A DNA stretch of 64,000 nucleotides from Antedon mediterranea (taxonomy: Eukaryota > Animalia > Echinodermata). The notes under the pieces were generated by a model, which worked only from the letters and a program-made list of their open reading frames with translations, was not told the DNA's origin and did not search any database. Each line of letters starts with the position of its first letter. Within the stretch, counting starts at the first letter, position 1. Made by a program: the position numbers and the translations under genes. Where the stretch lies: positions 6,859,888-6,923,887 of the forward strand of contig NC_092676.1 in the NCBI RefSeq assembly GCF_964355755.1, read 5' to 3'. Of the stretch, positions 11,845 through 25,954 are shown piece by piece.

Positions 11845-14800
11845 TTAAGCTTGCAATTGTAATTTCAATGTATTTCCTGAAAACATTCTCATCATTTCAT
11901 TCATTACATGACTTGTTAGTTTACAATCATGCATGTCAAGCTTAAGCAGCTTCGGAAACTTACTCAAAAAAGTACCTAGCAACGTACCATCTATGTCTCT
12001 GATATCATTGTTATAAATTGAAATCACTTGTAATTCTAACTCATCTCCTGAATACGCTCTCATCATCTTGTTCATTACGTCTCCTGATAGTTTACAATCA
12101 TACATATAAAGACCAGCAAGTTTAGGACACTTACTTAAGAAAGTACCAAGTAAAGCGCCATCAATATCACTGAAATCATTATTATAAATATTAAGTAATT
12201 GTAAGTCTGACTTATATCCTGAATACGCTCTCATCATTTCATTCATTACATTTCCTAATAGTTTGCATTCATGCATGTCAAGCTTAAGCAGCTTTGGAAA
12301 CTTGGTTAAGAAAGTACCCAGTAAACTACCTTCTATGTCTCTGATATCATTATTATACATTGAGATCACTTGTAAATCTAACTCTTCTCCTGAATACGCT
12401 CTCATCATCTTGTTCATTACGTCTCCTGATATTTTACAATCATACATATAAAGACCAGGAAGTTTAGGACACTTACTCAAGAAATTACCAAGTAAAGCAC
12501 CATCAATATCACTGAAATCATTATTATAAATATGAAGCAATTGTAAGTCTGACTTATCTCTTGAGTACGCTCTCATCATTTCATTCATTACATTTCCCGA
12601 TAGTTTGCAATCATGCATGCTAAGCTTTAACAGCTTTTGACACCTACTTAATAAAGTACCCAGCAACCTACCATCTATGTCACTGATATCATTATTATAA
12701 ATTGAGACCACTTGTAATTCTAACTCATCTCCTGAATACGCTCCCATCATCTGGTTCATTACGTCTCCTGATAGTTTACAATCATACATATAAAGACCAG
12801 GAAGTTTAGGACACTTACTTATGAAAGTACCAAGTAAAGCGCCATCAATATCACTGAAATCATTATTATAAATATGAAGCAATTGTAAGTCTGACGTATC
12901 TCTTGAATACGCTCTCATCATTTCATTCATTACATTTCCTGATAGTTTGCAATCATGCATTTCAAGCTCAAGCAACTTTGGAAACTTGGTTAAGAAATTA
13001 CCGAGTAAACTACCATCTATGTCTCTGATATCATTATTATAAATTGAGACCACTTGTAATTCTAACTCATCTCCTAAACACGCTCTCATCATCTTGTTCA
13101 TTACATTTCCTGATAGTTTGCAATCGTGCATGTCAAGCATAAGCAACTTTGGAAACTTGGTTAAGAAAGTCCCGAGTAAACTACCATCTATGTCTCTGAT
13201 ATCATTATTATAAATTGAGACCACTTGTAAATCTAACTCATCTCCTGAATACGCTCTCATCATCTTGTTCATTACTTCTCCTGATAGTTTACAATCATAC
13301 ATATAAAGATAAGGAAGCTTTGGGCACTTACTCAAGAAAGTACCAAGTAAAGCACCATCAATATCACTGAAATCATTATTATAAATATTAAGCAATTGTA
13401 AGTCTGACTTATCTCCTGAATACATTCTCATCATTTCATTCATTACATTTCCTGATAGTTTGCATTCATGCATGCTAAGCTTTAACAGCTTTTGACACCT
13501 ACTTAATAAAGTACCCAGCAACCTACCATCTATGTCACTGATATCATTATTATAAATTGAGACCACTTGTAATTCTAACTCATCTCCTGAATACGCTCTC
13601 ATCATCTGGTTCATTACGTCTCCTGATAGTTTACAATCATACATATAAAGACCAGGAAGTTTAGGACACTTACTTATGAAAGTACCAAGTAAAGCGCCAT
13701 CAATATCACTGAAATCATTATTATAAATATGAAGCAATTGTAAGTCTGACGTATCTCTTGAATACGCTCTCATCATTTCATTCATTACATTTCCTGATAG
13801 TTTGCAATCATGCATTTCAAGCTCAAGCAACTTTGGAAACTTGGTTAAGAAATTACCGAGTAAACTACCATCTATGTCTCTGATATCATTATTATAAATT
13901 GAGACCACTTGTAATTCTAACTCATCTCCTAAACACGCTCTCATCATCTTGTTCATTACATTTCCTGATAGTTTGCAATCGTGCATGTCAAGCATAAGCA
14001 ACTTTGGAAACTTGGTTAAGAAAGTCCCGAGTAAACTACCATCTATGTCTCTGATATCATTATTATAAATTGAGACCACTTGTAAATCTAACTCATCTCC
14101 TGAATACGCTCTCATCATCTTGTTCATTACTTCTCCTGATAGTTTACAATCATACATATAAAGATAAGGAAGCTTTGGGCACTTACTCAAGAAAGTACCA
14201 AGTAAAGCACCATCAATATCACTGAAATCATTATTATAAATATTAAGCAATTGTAAGTCTGACTTATCTCCTGAATACATTCTCATCATTTCATTCATTA
14301 CATTTCCTGATAGTTTGCATTCATGCATGCTAAGCTTTAACAGCTTTTGACACCTACTTAATAAAGTACCCAGCAACCTACCATCTATGTCACTGATATC
14401 ATTATTATAAATTGAGACCACTTGTAATTCTAACTCATCTCCTGAATACGCTCTCATCATCTGGTTCATTACGTCTCCTGATAGTTTACAATCATACATA
14501 TAAAGACCAGGAAGTTTAGGACACTTACTTATGAAAGTACCAAGTAAAGCGCCATCAATATCACTGAAATCATTATTATAAATATGAAGCAATTGTAAGT
14601 CTGACGTATCTCTTGAATACGCTCTCATCATTTCATTCATTACATTTCCTGATAGTTTGCAATCATGCATTTCAAGCTCAAGCAACTTTGGAAACTTGGT
14701 TAAGAAATTACCGAGTAAACTACCATCTATGTCTCTGATATCATTATTATAAATTGAGACCACTTGTAATTCTAACTCATCTCCTAAACACGCTCTCATC

Positions 14801-17800
14801 ATCTTGTTCATTACATTTCCTGATAGTTTGCAATCGTGCATGTCAAGCATAAGCAACTTTGGAAACTTGGTTAAGAAAGTACCGAGTAAACTACCATCTA
14901 TGTCTCTGATATCATTATTATAAATTGAGACCACTTGTAATTCTAACTCATCTCCTAAACAAGCTCTCATCATCTTGTTCATTACATTTCCTGATAGTTT
15001 GCAATCGTGCATGTCAAGCTCAAGCAACTTTGGAAACTTGGTTAAGAAAGTACCAAGTAAAGCGCCATCTATGTCTCTGATATCATTGTTATAAATTGAA
15101 ATCACTTGTAATTCTAACTCATCTCCTGAATACGTTCTCATCATCTTGTTCATTACGTCTCCTGATAGTTTACAATCATACATATAAAGACCAGGAAGTT
15201 TAGGACACGTACTTAAGAAAGTACCAAGTAAAGCGCCATCAATATCACTGAAATCATTATTATAAATATTAAGCAATTGTAAGTCTGACGAATCTCCTGA
15301 ATACGCTCTCATCATTTCATTCATTACATTTCCTGATAGTTTGCAATCATGCATGCTAAGCTTTAACAGCTTTGAAAACTTGGTTAAAAAAGTACCCAGT
15401 AAATTACCATCTATGTCTCTGATATCATTATTATAAATTGAGACCACTTGTAATTCTAACTCATCTCCTGAATACGCTCTCATCATCTGGTTCATTACGT
15501 CTCCTGATAGTTTACAATCATACATGTACAGTTCAAGCAGTTTGTGAAACTTACTCAAAAAAGTACCTAGCAACGTACCATCTATGTCTCTGATATCATT
15601 GTTATAAATTGAAATCACTTGTAATTCTAACTCATCTCCTGAATACGTTCTCATCATCTTGTTCATTACGTCTCCTGATAGTTTACAATCATACATATAA
15701 AGACCAGGAAGTTTAGGACACGTACTTAAGAAAGTACCAAGTAAAGCGCCATCAATATCACTGAAATCATTATTATAAATATTAAGCAATTGTAAGTCTG
15801 ACGTATCTCTTGAATACGCTCTCATCATTTCATTCATTACATTTCCTGATAGTTTGCAATCATGCATTTCAAGCTCAAGCAACTTTGGAAACTTGGTTAA
15901 GAAATTACCGAGTAAACTACCATCTATGTCTCTGATATCATTATTATAAATTGAGACCACTTGTAATTCTAACTCATCTCCTAAACACGCTCTCATCATC
16001 TTGTTCATTACATTTCCTGATAGTTTGCAATCGTGCATGTCAAGCATAAGCAACTTTGGAAACTTGGTTATGAAAGTACCGAGTAAACTACCATCTATGT
16101 CTCTGATATCATTATTATAAATTGAGACCACTTGTAAATCTAACTCATCTCCTGAATACGCTCTCATCATCTTGTTCATTACGTCTCCTGATAGTTTACA
16201 ATCATACATATAAAGATAAGGAAGCTTTGGGCACTTACTCAAGAAAGTACCAAGTAAAGCACCATCAATATCACTGAAATCATTATTAAAAATATTAAGC
16301 AATTGTAAGTCTGACTTATCTCCTGAATACATTCTCATCATTTCATTCATTACATTTCCTGATAGTTTGCATTCATGCATGTCAAGCTTAAGCAGCTTTG
16401 GAAACTTGGTTAAGAAAGTACCCAGTAAACTACCTTCTATGTCTCTGATATCATTATTATACATTGAGACCTCTTGTAATTCTAACTCTTCTCCTGAATA
16501 CGCTCTCATCATCTTGTTCATTACGTCTCCTGATATTTTACAATCATACATATAAAGACCAGGAAGTTTAGGACACTTACTCAAGAAAGTACCCAGTAAA
16601 GCACCATCAATATCACTAAAATCATTATTAAAAATATTAAGCAATTGTAAGTCTGACTTATCTCCTGAATACATTCTCATCATTTCATTCATTACATTTC
16701 CTGATAGTTTGCATTCATGCATGTCAAGCTTAAGCAGCTTTGGAAACTTGGTTAAGAAATTGCCCAGTAAACTACCATCTATGTCTCTGATATCATTATT
16801 ATACATTGAGACCACTTGTAATTCTAACTCATCTCCTGAATACGCTCTCATCATCTGGTTCATTACGTCTCCTGATAGTTTACAATCATACATGTACAGT
16901 TCAAGCAGTTTGTGAAACTTACTCAAAAAAGTACCTAGCAACGTACCATCTATGTCTCTGATATCATTGTTATAAATTGAAATCACTTGTAATTCTAACT
17001 CATCTCCTGAATACGTTCTCATCATCTTGTTCATTACGTCTCCTGATAGTTTACAATCATACATATAAAGACCAGGAAGTTTAGGACACGTACTTAAGAA
17101 AGTACCAAGTAAAGCGCCATCAATATCACTGAAATCATTATTATAAATATTAAGCAATTGTAAGTCTGACGTATCTCTTGAATACGCTCTCATCATTTCA
17201 TTCATTACATTTCCTGATAGTTTGCAATCATGCATTTCAAGCTCAAGCAACTTTGGAAACTTGGTTAAGAAATTACCGAGTAAACTACCATCTATGTCTC
17301 TGATATCATTATTATAAATTGAGACCACTTGTAATTCTAACTCATCTCCTAAACACGCTCTCATCATCTTGTTCATTACATTTCCTGATAGTTTGCAATC
17401 GTGCATGTCAAGCATAAGCAACTTTGGAAACTTGGTTATGAAAGTACCGAGTAAACTACCATCTATGTCTCTGATATCATTATTATAAATTGAGACCACT
17501 TGTAAATCTAACTCATCTCCTGAATACGCTCTCATCATCTTGTTCATTACGTCTCCTGATAGTTTACAATCATACATATAAAGATAAGGAAGCTTTGGGC
17601 ACTTACTCAAGAAAGTACCAAGTAAAGCACCATCAATATCACTGAAATCATTATTAAAAATATTAAGCAATTGTAAGTCTGACTTATCTCCTGAATACAT
17701 TCTCATCATTTCATTCATTACATTTCCTGATAGTTTGCATTCATGCATGTCAAGCTTAAGCAGCTTTGGAAACTTGGTTAAGAAAGTACCCAGTAAACTA

Positions 17801-20800
17801 CCTTCTATGTCTCTGATATCATTATTATACATTGAGACCTCTTGTAATTCTAACTCTTCTCCTGAATACGCTCTCATCATCTTGTTCATTACGTCTCCTG
17901 ATATTTTACAATCATACATATAAAGACCAGGAAGTTTAGGACACTTACTCAAGAAAGTACCCAGTAAAGCACCATCAATATCACTAAAATCATTATTATA
18001 AATATGAAGCAATTGTAAGTCTGACTTATCTCTTGAATACGCTCTCATCATTTCATTCATTACATTTCCCGATAGTTTGCAATCATGCATGCTAAGCTTT
18101 AACAGCTTTTGACACCTACTTAATAAAGTACCCAGCAACCTACCATCTATGTCACTGATATCATTATTATAAATTGAGACCACTTGTAATTCTAACTCTT
18201 CTCCTGAATACGCTCTCATCATCTTGTTCATTACGTCTCCTGATATTTTACAATCATACATATGAAGACCAGGAAGTTTAGGACACTTACTTAAGAAAGT
18301 ACCAAGTAAAGCACCATCAATATCTCTGAAATCATTATTATAAATATTAAGCAATTGTAAGTCTGACTTATCTCTTGAGTACGCTCTCATCATTTCATTC
18401 ATTACATTTCCTGATAGTTTGCAATCATGCATGCTAAGCTTTAACAGCTTTTGACACCTACTTAATAAAGTACCCAGCAACCTACCATCTATGTCACTGA
18501 TATCATTATTATAAATGAAAAGCTCTTGTAATTCTAACTCATCTCCTGAATACCCTCTCATCATTTCATTCATTACTCCACCAGTTAATTTGCAATTCTG
18601 CATGTAAAGTTTAAGCAAATTCGAAGACCTGCTCAAATAAGTACCAAGTAAATCAGCATCAATGTCATGAATATCATTATTCCCAATGTTAAGCAATTGT
18701 AATTGTAACTCATCTGTATCTGCATATACTCTAATAATTTCATTAACTTTCTCCCCAGATAAATTGCAATTAAACAAATTAAGTATAAGAAGTTTGGGAC
18801 ACGTGCTCAAGTAAGTACCAAGTAAAGCACCATTAACGTCTCTGATGTCATTATTCCCAATATAAATCTCCTGCAATTCAAACTTAACTGCTGCACAAAC
18901 CCCTGCCATTTCATTAATTACGACACCTGATAGTTTACAATCATGCATGTCAAGCTTAAGCAACTTTGGAAACTTGGTTAAGAAATTGCCCAGTAAACTA
19001 CCATCTATGTCTCTGATATCATTATTATACATTGAGACCTCTTGTAATTCTAACTCTTCTCCTGAATACGCTCTCATCATCTTGTTCATTACGTCTCCTG
19101 ATATTTTACAATCATACATATAAAGACCAGGAAGTTTAGGACAATTACTCAAGAAAGTACCAAGTAAAGCACCATCAATATCACTGAAATCATTATTAAA
19201 AATATTAAGCAATTGTAAGTCTGACTTATCTCCTGAATACATTCTCATCATTTCATTCATTACATTTCCTGATAGTTTGCAATCATGCATGCTAAGCTTT
19301 AACAGCTTTTGACACCTACTTAATAAAGTACCCAGCAACCTACCATCTATGTCACTGATATCATTATTATAAATTGAGACCACTTGTAATTCTAACTCAT
19401 CTCCTGAATACGCTCTCATCATCTTGTTCATTACGTTTCCTGATAGTTTACAATCATACATATAAAGACCAGGAAGTTTAGGACACTTACTCAAGAAAGT
19501 ACCAAGTAAAGTGCCATCAATATCACTGAAATCATTATTATAAATATGAAGCAATTGTAAGTCTGACTTATCTCCTGAATAGGCTCTCATCATTTTATTC
19601 ATTACATGACCTGATAGTTTACAATCATGCATGTCAAGCTTAAGCAGCTTCGGAAACTTACTCAAAAAAGTACCCAGCAACGTACCATTTATGTCACTGA
19701 TGTCATTATTAGAAATTGAGACGACTTGTAATTCTAACTTATCTCCTGAATACGCTCTCATTATCTGGTTCATTACGTCTCCTGATATACTGCAATTATT
19801 CATTAGCAATATTAGTAACTTTACAGATTCACGCAAAAAGGTACCTATTAAAGTACCATTAATTTTACTGAAATCATTATTTCCAATATCAAGCTTTTGT
19901 AATTGTAATTTAAAATTGTCTACAGCATACGCTTTGATGATGTTATTCATTACGTGTCCTGTTATTCGGCAATTACTCATGCTAAGTGTAAGCAACTTAG
20001 GGGCCCTACACAAGAAATTACCAAGTGAAGAACCATCAACCTCTCTCATGTCATTATGTCCAATATAGATCTCTTGTAATTTCATCTTCCCGCACTCTCT
20101 GGTCATTTTGTTCATTACGTCACCTGATATTTTGCAATCATTCATAAGAAATTTACTCAGGTTAGGACACTTACTCAAGAAATTACCCAGTAAAATACCA
20201 TCAATGTCACTTATATCATTATTGTCAATAAAAAGACATTTCAATTGTAACTCTTTTGCTGCATATGTTTCCATCATTGTATTAATTATTTTACCTGATA
20301 ATTTGCAATGACCCAGGTCAAGTATTTGCAATTTAGGAGACTTCATTATTAAAGTACTAAGTAAATTACCATCAATGTCACTGATATCATTATTCCCAAT
20401 ATAAAATTCTCTTAATTCTATCGTATCTCTTTCATATCTGTTTATGATTTCGTTCATTATGCCACCAGTTAATTTGCAATCATGCATCACAAGCTTGGAC
20501 ATTTTAAGAGATTTTCCCAAAACAGTACCCAGTAAAGTACTATCGATGTTACTAATATCATTTTTCCTAATATTAAACTGTTGAAGTCGGTACTCTCTTT
20601 TTGCGTACACTCTGTTCATTTCATTCTTATCTGAATGATCCTCTATTTCATTCATTTTTAGCTTATTAGGTTTACTAAAAAATGTACCAATTGAGGTACC
20701 GTCAATTTTACTGATGTCAATTTTCTCCGCATTATTCGCTTGTAAATAGGTCTTATCTGATAGATTGAAATCATTGAGGTCAACTATGCTTAGCTTTGGG

Positions 20801-23270
20801 GAGGTACTCCAGAAATTACCCAGCAAAGTGCCGCCAGTTATGTCACATATATCTTTATTTCCAATATTAAGCTCTTGTAATTGTAACTCATTTCTCTCAT
20901 TCAATTCAATCATTAATGTATTCAGTACTTCACCTGATAGATTACAATAATGCATGTCAAGTACACTCAGATTAGGAGACTTACTCAAGAAAGAACCCAG
21001 TAAATTTGCATCGATATCACTGATATCGTTGTTTGCAATATCGAGCACTTGTAATTCTGACTTTGGATACTCTCTCATCATTTTATTCATAACGTCACCA
21101 GACAGTTCACAGTCATGCATGCCAAGTTTAAGCAGCCCAGGAATCCTAGTCAAGAACTTCCCTAATAAATTACCATCAATGCCACTGATATTGTTTTTCT
21201 CGATACAAATCTCCTGTAATTTTAACTCATTTCCTTTATACGCGCATATCATTTCATTCAATGTGTGCCCCGATAGTGCGCAGTCATGCACGTCGAGTGT
21301 TAAAAGCTTAGGAATTGTGCTAAAAACGTTACCCAGTAACGTACCCTTTACGTCACTGAGATTATTTTTTGCTATATTAAGCATAAATATTTCCATACTT
21401 TCTTTACAGTACGTACTAATGTCATTCATTAGTTTACCTGAAAGATTACAATCGATCATATCAAATGACAGGTAGAAATTTACCGACGTCATTAATTCAT
21501 GAAGTAATTTGGCATCAATCCCATTGAGATTATTTTCGCTGATTATGAAACGGTTAAAATTCAGCTCACCGCCCATTTTAGACCATTCTGTAATCATAAC
21601 ATTCATTGCACCACCTGTTAGATTGTAATTATGTAAGTCAAGTGTATGCGTACAAAAATATACAATGTGTGCAAGGACATTTCCTCTACTATCAACAGAT
21701 AATGTATTACAAAATGTTCTCAAATCAAGTTCATTAAGATTCAAGATACTGAGTTGCATTACACGATCTATAAAATGCTCGCCAACAACAGCTAAATTTG
21801 AATTAAAGTAATCAATACATGCTTTTAATGATTTTAATACATCTGTGTATTGGTTTACTTTTGTGGGAATTTGGATTAAGGCATGTTTCACTTTTCCCCA
21901 ATGTTTATCGTTAACAAATTTCAAAAAATGATGTATCAAAGGACGATACGTTGATAAGTTATCTGTAACCCAATGCTGTAGTAATTTATCTGCATCAGCA
22001 CCAAGAAATTCAACTGCAAATATATATGCACTAATAAGATATTTAGATTTTTTTACATCGGTTGTACATTCATTTATCATATCTCCTCGTTCACAAAGTT
22101 TGTAAATATAAAATCCTACTAGTGATTCCAGTATTGATTTGTGTGTTGGCATGTAAATTTCAGGCTCCGAGTCAGATCTTAAAAGTGATGGTATTCTACA
22201 AACAAATCCTAGTTTAAATGCCAGCTTAACTAAATCATCTTCATCGTTCTTTTCAATTGAAAGTTGATTTTTTTTCAGGCTACTATACATACATTCTCCT
22301 AAGAACATCATAGCATCTACATACTTTTCTGGAATTTTTTCAAATATAGCAATTTTTTTTTGCTGTATCCCATTTTTTTTAATGTAATGATTCAGAATAC
22401 AACGGAAAATTTCTTTAAAGAGGTCAGCATTATTCGAAGGAAGGCGTCGTTCATCTTCCCAAATAATACAAATTGAGAGTAGAAACATAGGGTTTTTGCA
22501 CAATTCATTATGTTGCATCTCTGATACATTCTGGTCAATTTGTAATTCATGTATAAGGTCATGCCCCAATTCAGGGTTTTCAAAATAATTAAAATGGTTC
22601 TTAATATATTTCCCAATGCTATATCTGTTAAATCCTTTCACCGTCACATGTATATTACAGTCTTTTATGAATTCATCGATGTGTTCTGATCTTGAAGTAA
22701 GTAGCACAACACTCCTACCTAATAATTTTCCTCTAAAAAGATTTACCAAGCTTTTATTTTCAAAACGTAATTCATCTAATCCGTCTAATAACAGCACCAT
22801 TGTATCGTCATATTTCTTTATAAATTGTTTAATCAACTTTGGATTTTCTTCGAGACCTGTATCTAAATTGAAATCTTCCATATCAAGTTGTTCTTCAATC
22901 ACGTCAAAGATGCTGTTGTCTTTTTCAAAATCCCTTACGTTAAATAGAAAAACAATTTTACCTTTGAATGCGATAGGTTGCTTTTCAGTTGTTTTGTATG
23001 CCAAGTACCTTAACATGGTTGTTTTTCCGATGCCAGCCTCGCCTTCTATAAGAACTCTGCATCCAGGTGTGCTTTCTATAGTAGTTAATATGTCTGGCAA
23101 TGTTGTTGGTTGGTTTTTTCTTGTCTTATCATTTTCTATTATGAGGTCCAACTTGGTGAAGACGTCAATGTCGAGATTGTCCTTGCTATTCATTATTGAT
23201 GGTGTCAAATTTTTATACTCCTTCTGACACAGCATTTGTTGTCTTGCAAGCAGGTACTTTTCTATTTTTT
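11845..23270 (-). CDS. NLR-A terminal coding exon: NACHT NTPase + very long RI-type LRR array
   Basis: 3813-aa ORF; Walker A GEAGIGKTT, Walker B LLLDGLDE, LLTSR, LCKNPMFL, winged-helix THKSILE; 57-aa LRR pairs; phase-1 acceptor ttcatag|AA at 23270, conserved in the paralog. Confidence 0.95.
11850..19790 (-). repeat. Homogenised 171-bp coding minisatellite (~46 units) with 855-bp and 1368-bp higher-order repeats
   Basis: Diagnostic aagataaggaagctttgggcac at 13306, 14161 (+855 = 5x171), 16213 (+2052 = 12x171), 17581 (+1368 = 8x171). Confidence 0.95.
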
Positions 23271-23696
23271 CTATGAATATAAACAATTGAATTATGGCTG
23301 GGATTACATCACATTATATCACAGTATGCTTTGATAGTTATTGACATGATAATGTGAACTTTCTGACGAAGGTTTACATGGCGAGATTAAATGTTGATAT
23401 AAAGTTCACGGTACACCACCATAAAGGCCCTGGGCGTTTATTGGAGGGGCGTTTGTTCAGGCGTGAGTTTATTTGGGGTGTTTTAAATAAATACGTTAAT
23501 AATTATATTATTAGCAACAATTAATTCACTAATAAACAAAATGTTAAATTCCTACAGTAATATTACTCAAAATATAAAATAGCATTATTTAAATAATAAT
23601 TATTACTTATACAATGCTAGTAACCATCAATCACAACATCAACAACTGATATAAATACCGTCATTAGAATCGAGTGAATGAAATAATTTCTATCCC

Positions 23697-25369
23697 TTAT
23701 AACAAAGAATATATATCACAAGAATGAGTATTCCGCGATTTTTGCATGAGAAATTTGTAACAGAGAGCTCCAGTGAGTGATGCCCGCCCTCATAAGGGCG
23801 GATGTATACATACTAAATAAGACTTGATTTAATAGACATGATACATGTCACATTAAATAGAATTATGATGATAGTTTTTGCAATTGTAAACTATTTTATA
23901 ATACATATTTATTAACAAACTAGTGTTTATTCACTTTTACAGACAATTATTTACTAACATTAACGTTTGTATTAGTCATAGTCATATATACTTATACTTT
24001 ATTGTCCATTTAAAAAACAGAAATGTGATTTGAAAACTGGCAAAATACAAAAATATAAAATACAATTTACAAAAACACACACAAAAAGTTAAGAGGCTAA
24101 AAATTGTTAAAATTAGATAAAAATTATCGGTTACATTTTACCTTTGTACTCTGGAGTTATATAAGTGTATAGCATTAGGTACAAACGAGCACCTAAACCG
24201 TTTTGTTTTGGTATTAAGTGCACGTAGTCTTATGCCAGAATTCATGAGAGCAAATTGTTTGTGAAGAGGATGTGTTTCATCATCAATGATACTTTTTACT
24301 TTTTTTAACACATTTTCTTTATACAAGGATTCAACATCAGGTAAGTGCTCTCCTACTAGTCTAATTGCTCTATTTCCTATTCGATTAAGTTTAATTTTAT
24401 CTTTTTGCATTGTATTACCATAAAAACAAACATTACAAAAAAGTATTACACTGAGAATTACAGAGTTATAAAACAATTTAAGTATAGTTTTGTCAATTTG
24501 TAGGTACTTCATTTTTCTTAAAATAAACATCCTTTGGTTGGCTTTGCATGTGGCTTTATTTACATTATTTATCCAATTTAGCTTATTGTCAATTATACAA
24601 CCCAGATATTTGTACTCATTTACTACTTCAATCTCATTTTCATTTATAATCAGAGGTTCTAAGGGTTCTTTAATTTTCCTAAAATCAATTTGCATTTCTT
24701 TTGTTTTCTTTATGTTTAGTTTCAGGTTGTTATTGCAGCACCAGTGATAAAAATCACATCCTAGTTGTCTATAGCTTATAACATGCTAAGTTAGTTCACA
24801 AAAAAGGCCTAACACAGCAACACCAAAAATCAACGAATATTACTCAGCACGGCCTATTCTTTACCATTGCCGTGTACTACTGTACGCCCGGTAAATTAAG
24901 TATTGTTTTTATGATATAAATTAGTATAAAACACATGTTATTAATAGGAGAAAATGTTAGATGTCATTAACATTTATTTGTTTTACCAGAAACAAGTTAA
25001 ATATAGGAATATTATTAAACTATCCTTCGTGAAAACGCGTAAACACCAACACGCCCGGTCACGCTATCGTAGCGCCCGGTTGATAAATCAAACTGTTTAT
25101 ACGGCAGTTTTTACTAAATAAATTGCATAAAACGAACAATTAAATATTCAAATAGTATTTAACATAATGTTGGCATGTAGTTGATAACATTTTTATCATC
25201 GGAAAATACTCCGGTGGTCCAGCATTTGATTAGTGAAACCTTCACAAAAAGTTGTATACATCCCAGATACATCCACACTTATGGCGGCGCCCTACCACAT
25301 GGACAATATTACTGTTACAGGGAAAATCGCGGATTACTCAATCTTGTGATATATATTCTTTGCTTATAA
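23697..25369. mobile_element. Non-autonomous TIR element (~50-bp TIRs) in NLR-A intron, containing a nested LINE fragment
   Basis: ttataacaaagaatatatatcacaagaatgagtattccgcgatttt at ~23697 is the reverse complement of ~25323-25369; absent from the equivalent NLR-B intron. TSD not resolved. Confidence 0.7.
24010..24750 (-). mobile_element. 5'-truncated CR1-group (Rex1/Babar/L2-like) LINE, RT C-terminal region
   Basis: WCCNNNLKLNIKKTKEMQIDFR...EYKYLGCIIDNKLNW...HPLH...RFRCSFVPNAIHLYN (ORF 24138-24695). Confidence 0.85.
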
Positions 25370-25891
25370 TTATATGATAAGACCTTTTCAACACATTTAA
25401 GCATGGTTCGACTCTCTTATGATTCCTGTTTGTTATTCTTTACTAACAGAAACACAAGCTAAATCAGAATTGAGAGTAAGAAGGCTGGATTATGATTTAG
25501 ACTTACAAAAGAAGATTCTGAAAAAATCGAATCAGATAACCAATTTCAGCTATCTCGGTATCATGATCATTTTCTACTGTTTTTGATGTACTGTAAAACT
25601 ATTTAGACCAATTTTGTTTAACTTTATTATTTCTTTAAATAAATCTAATGACAAAAAATAGTTATTATGAGCAACTTCCATGGTAAAGTCGATTGCAGTG
25701 TGTGCGTTATTTAGCTTGTCCTGAAAACTTATAAGTCTCAGTCATTGTTTGCTTCCCGTAAAATCGATTAACCTGAAAGTTGTATGCAGTAAAATAAGCA
25801 TTGATTATATTGACTTCAAATTGTTTTAAGACCTATATTTTCTTATTTCTACTTTTGTTTACTGATCATCATAAAGAAATAAAATATATAC

Positions 25892-25936
25892 TTTCACCAG
25901 ATGCCTGTGGGGGTGTTACTGGATTTACTCCATTAT
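25892..25936 (-). CDS. NLR-A linker micro-exon 3 (45 nt, phase 1-1; DNGVNPVTPPQASGE)
   Basis: tttttttgtccag|AT...GAAA|gtatat; open, frame-preserving. Confidence 0.6.
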
Positions 25937-25954
25937 CTGGACAAAAAAACACCT

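Noticed and set aside
12263-23227. Plus-strand ORFs within NLR-A (and 45020-53691 within NLR-B)
   Set aside because: Antisense shadows of the LRR/NACHT frame, repeating with the 171-bp period.
23271-23297. ORF-track start at 23286 and alternative acceptor at 23297
   Set aside because: The start is a TTG; similarity to NLR-B stops at the AG before 23270, which has the better pyrimidine tract.
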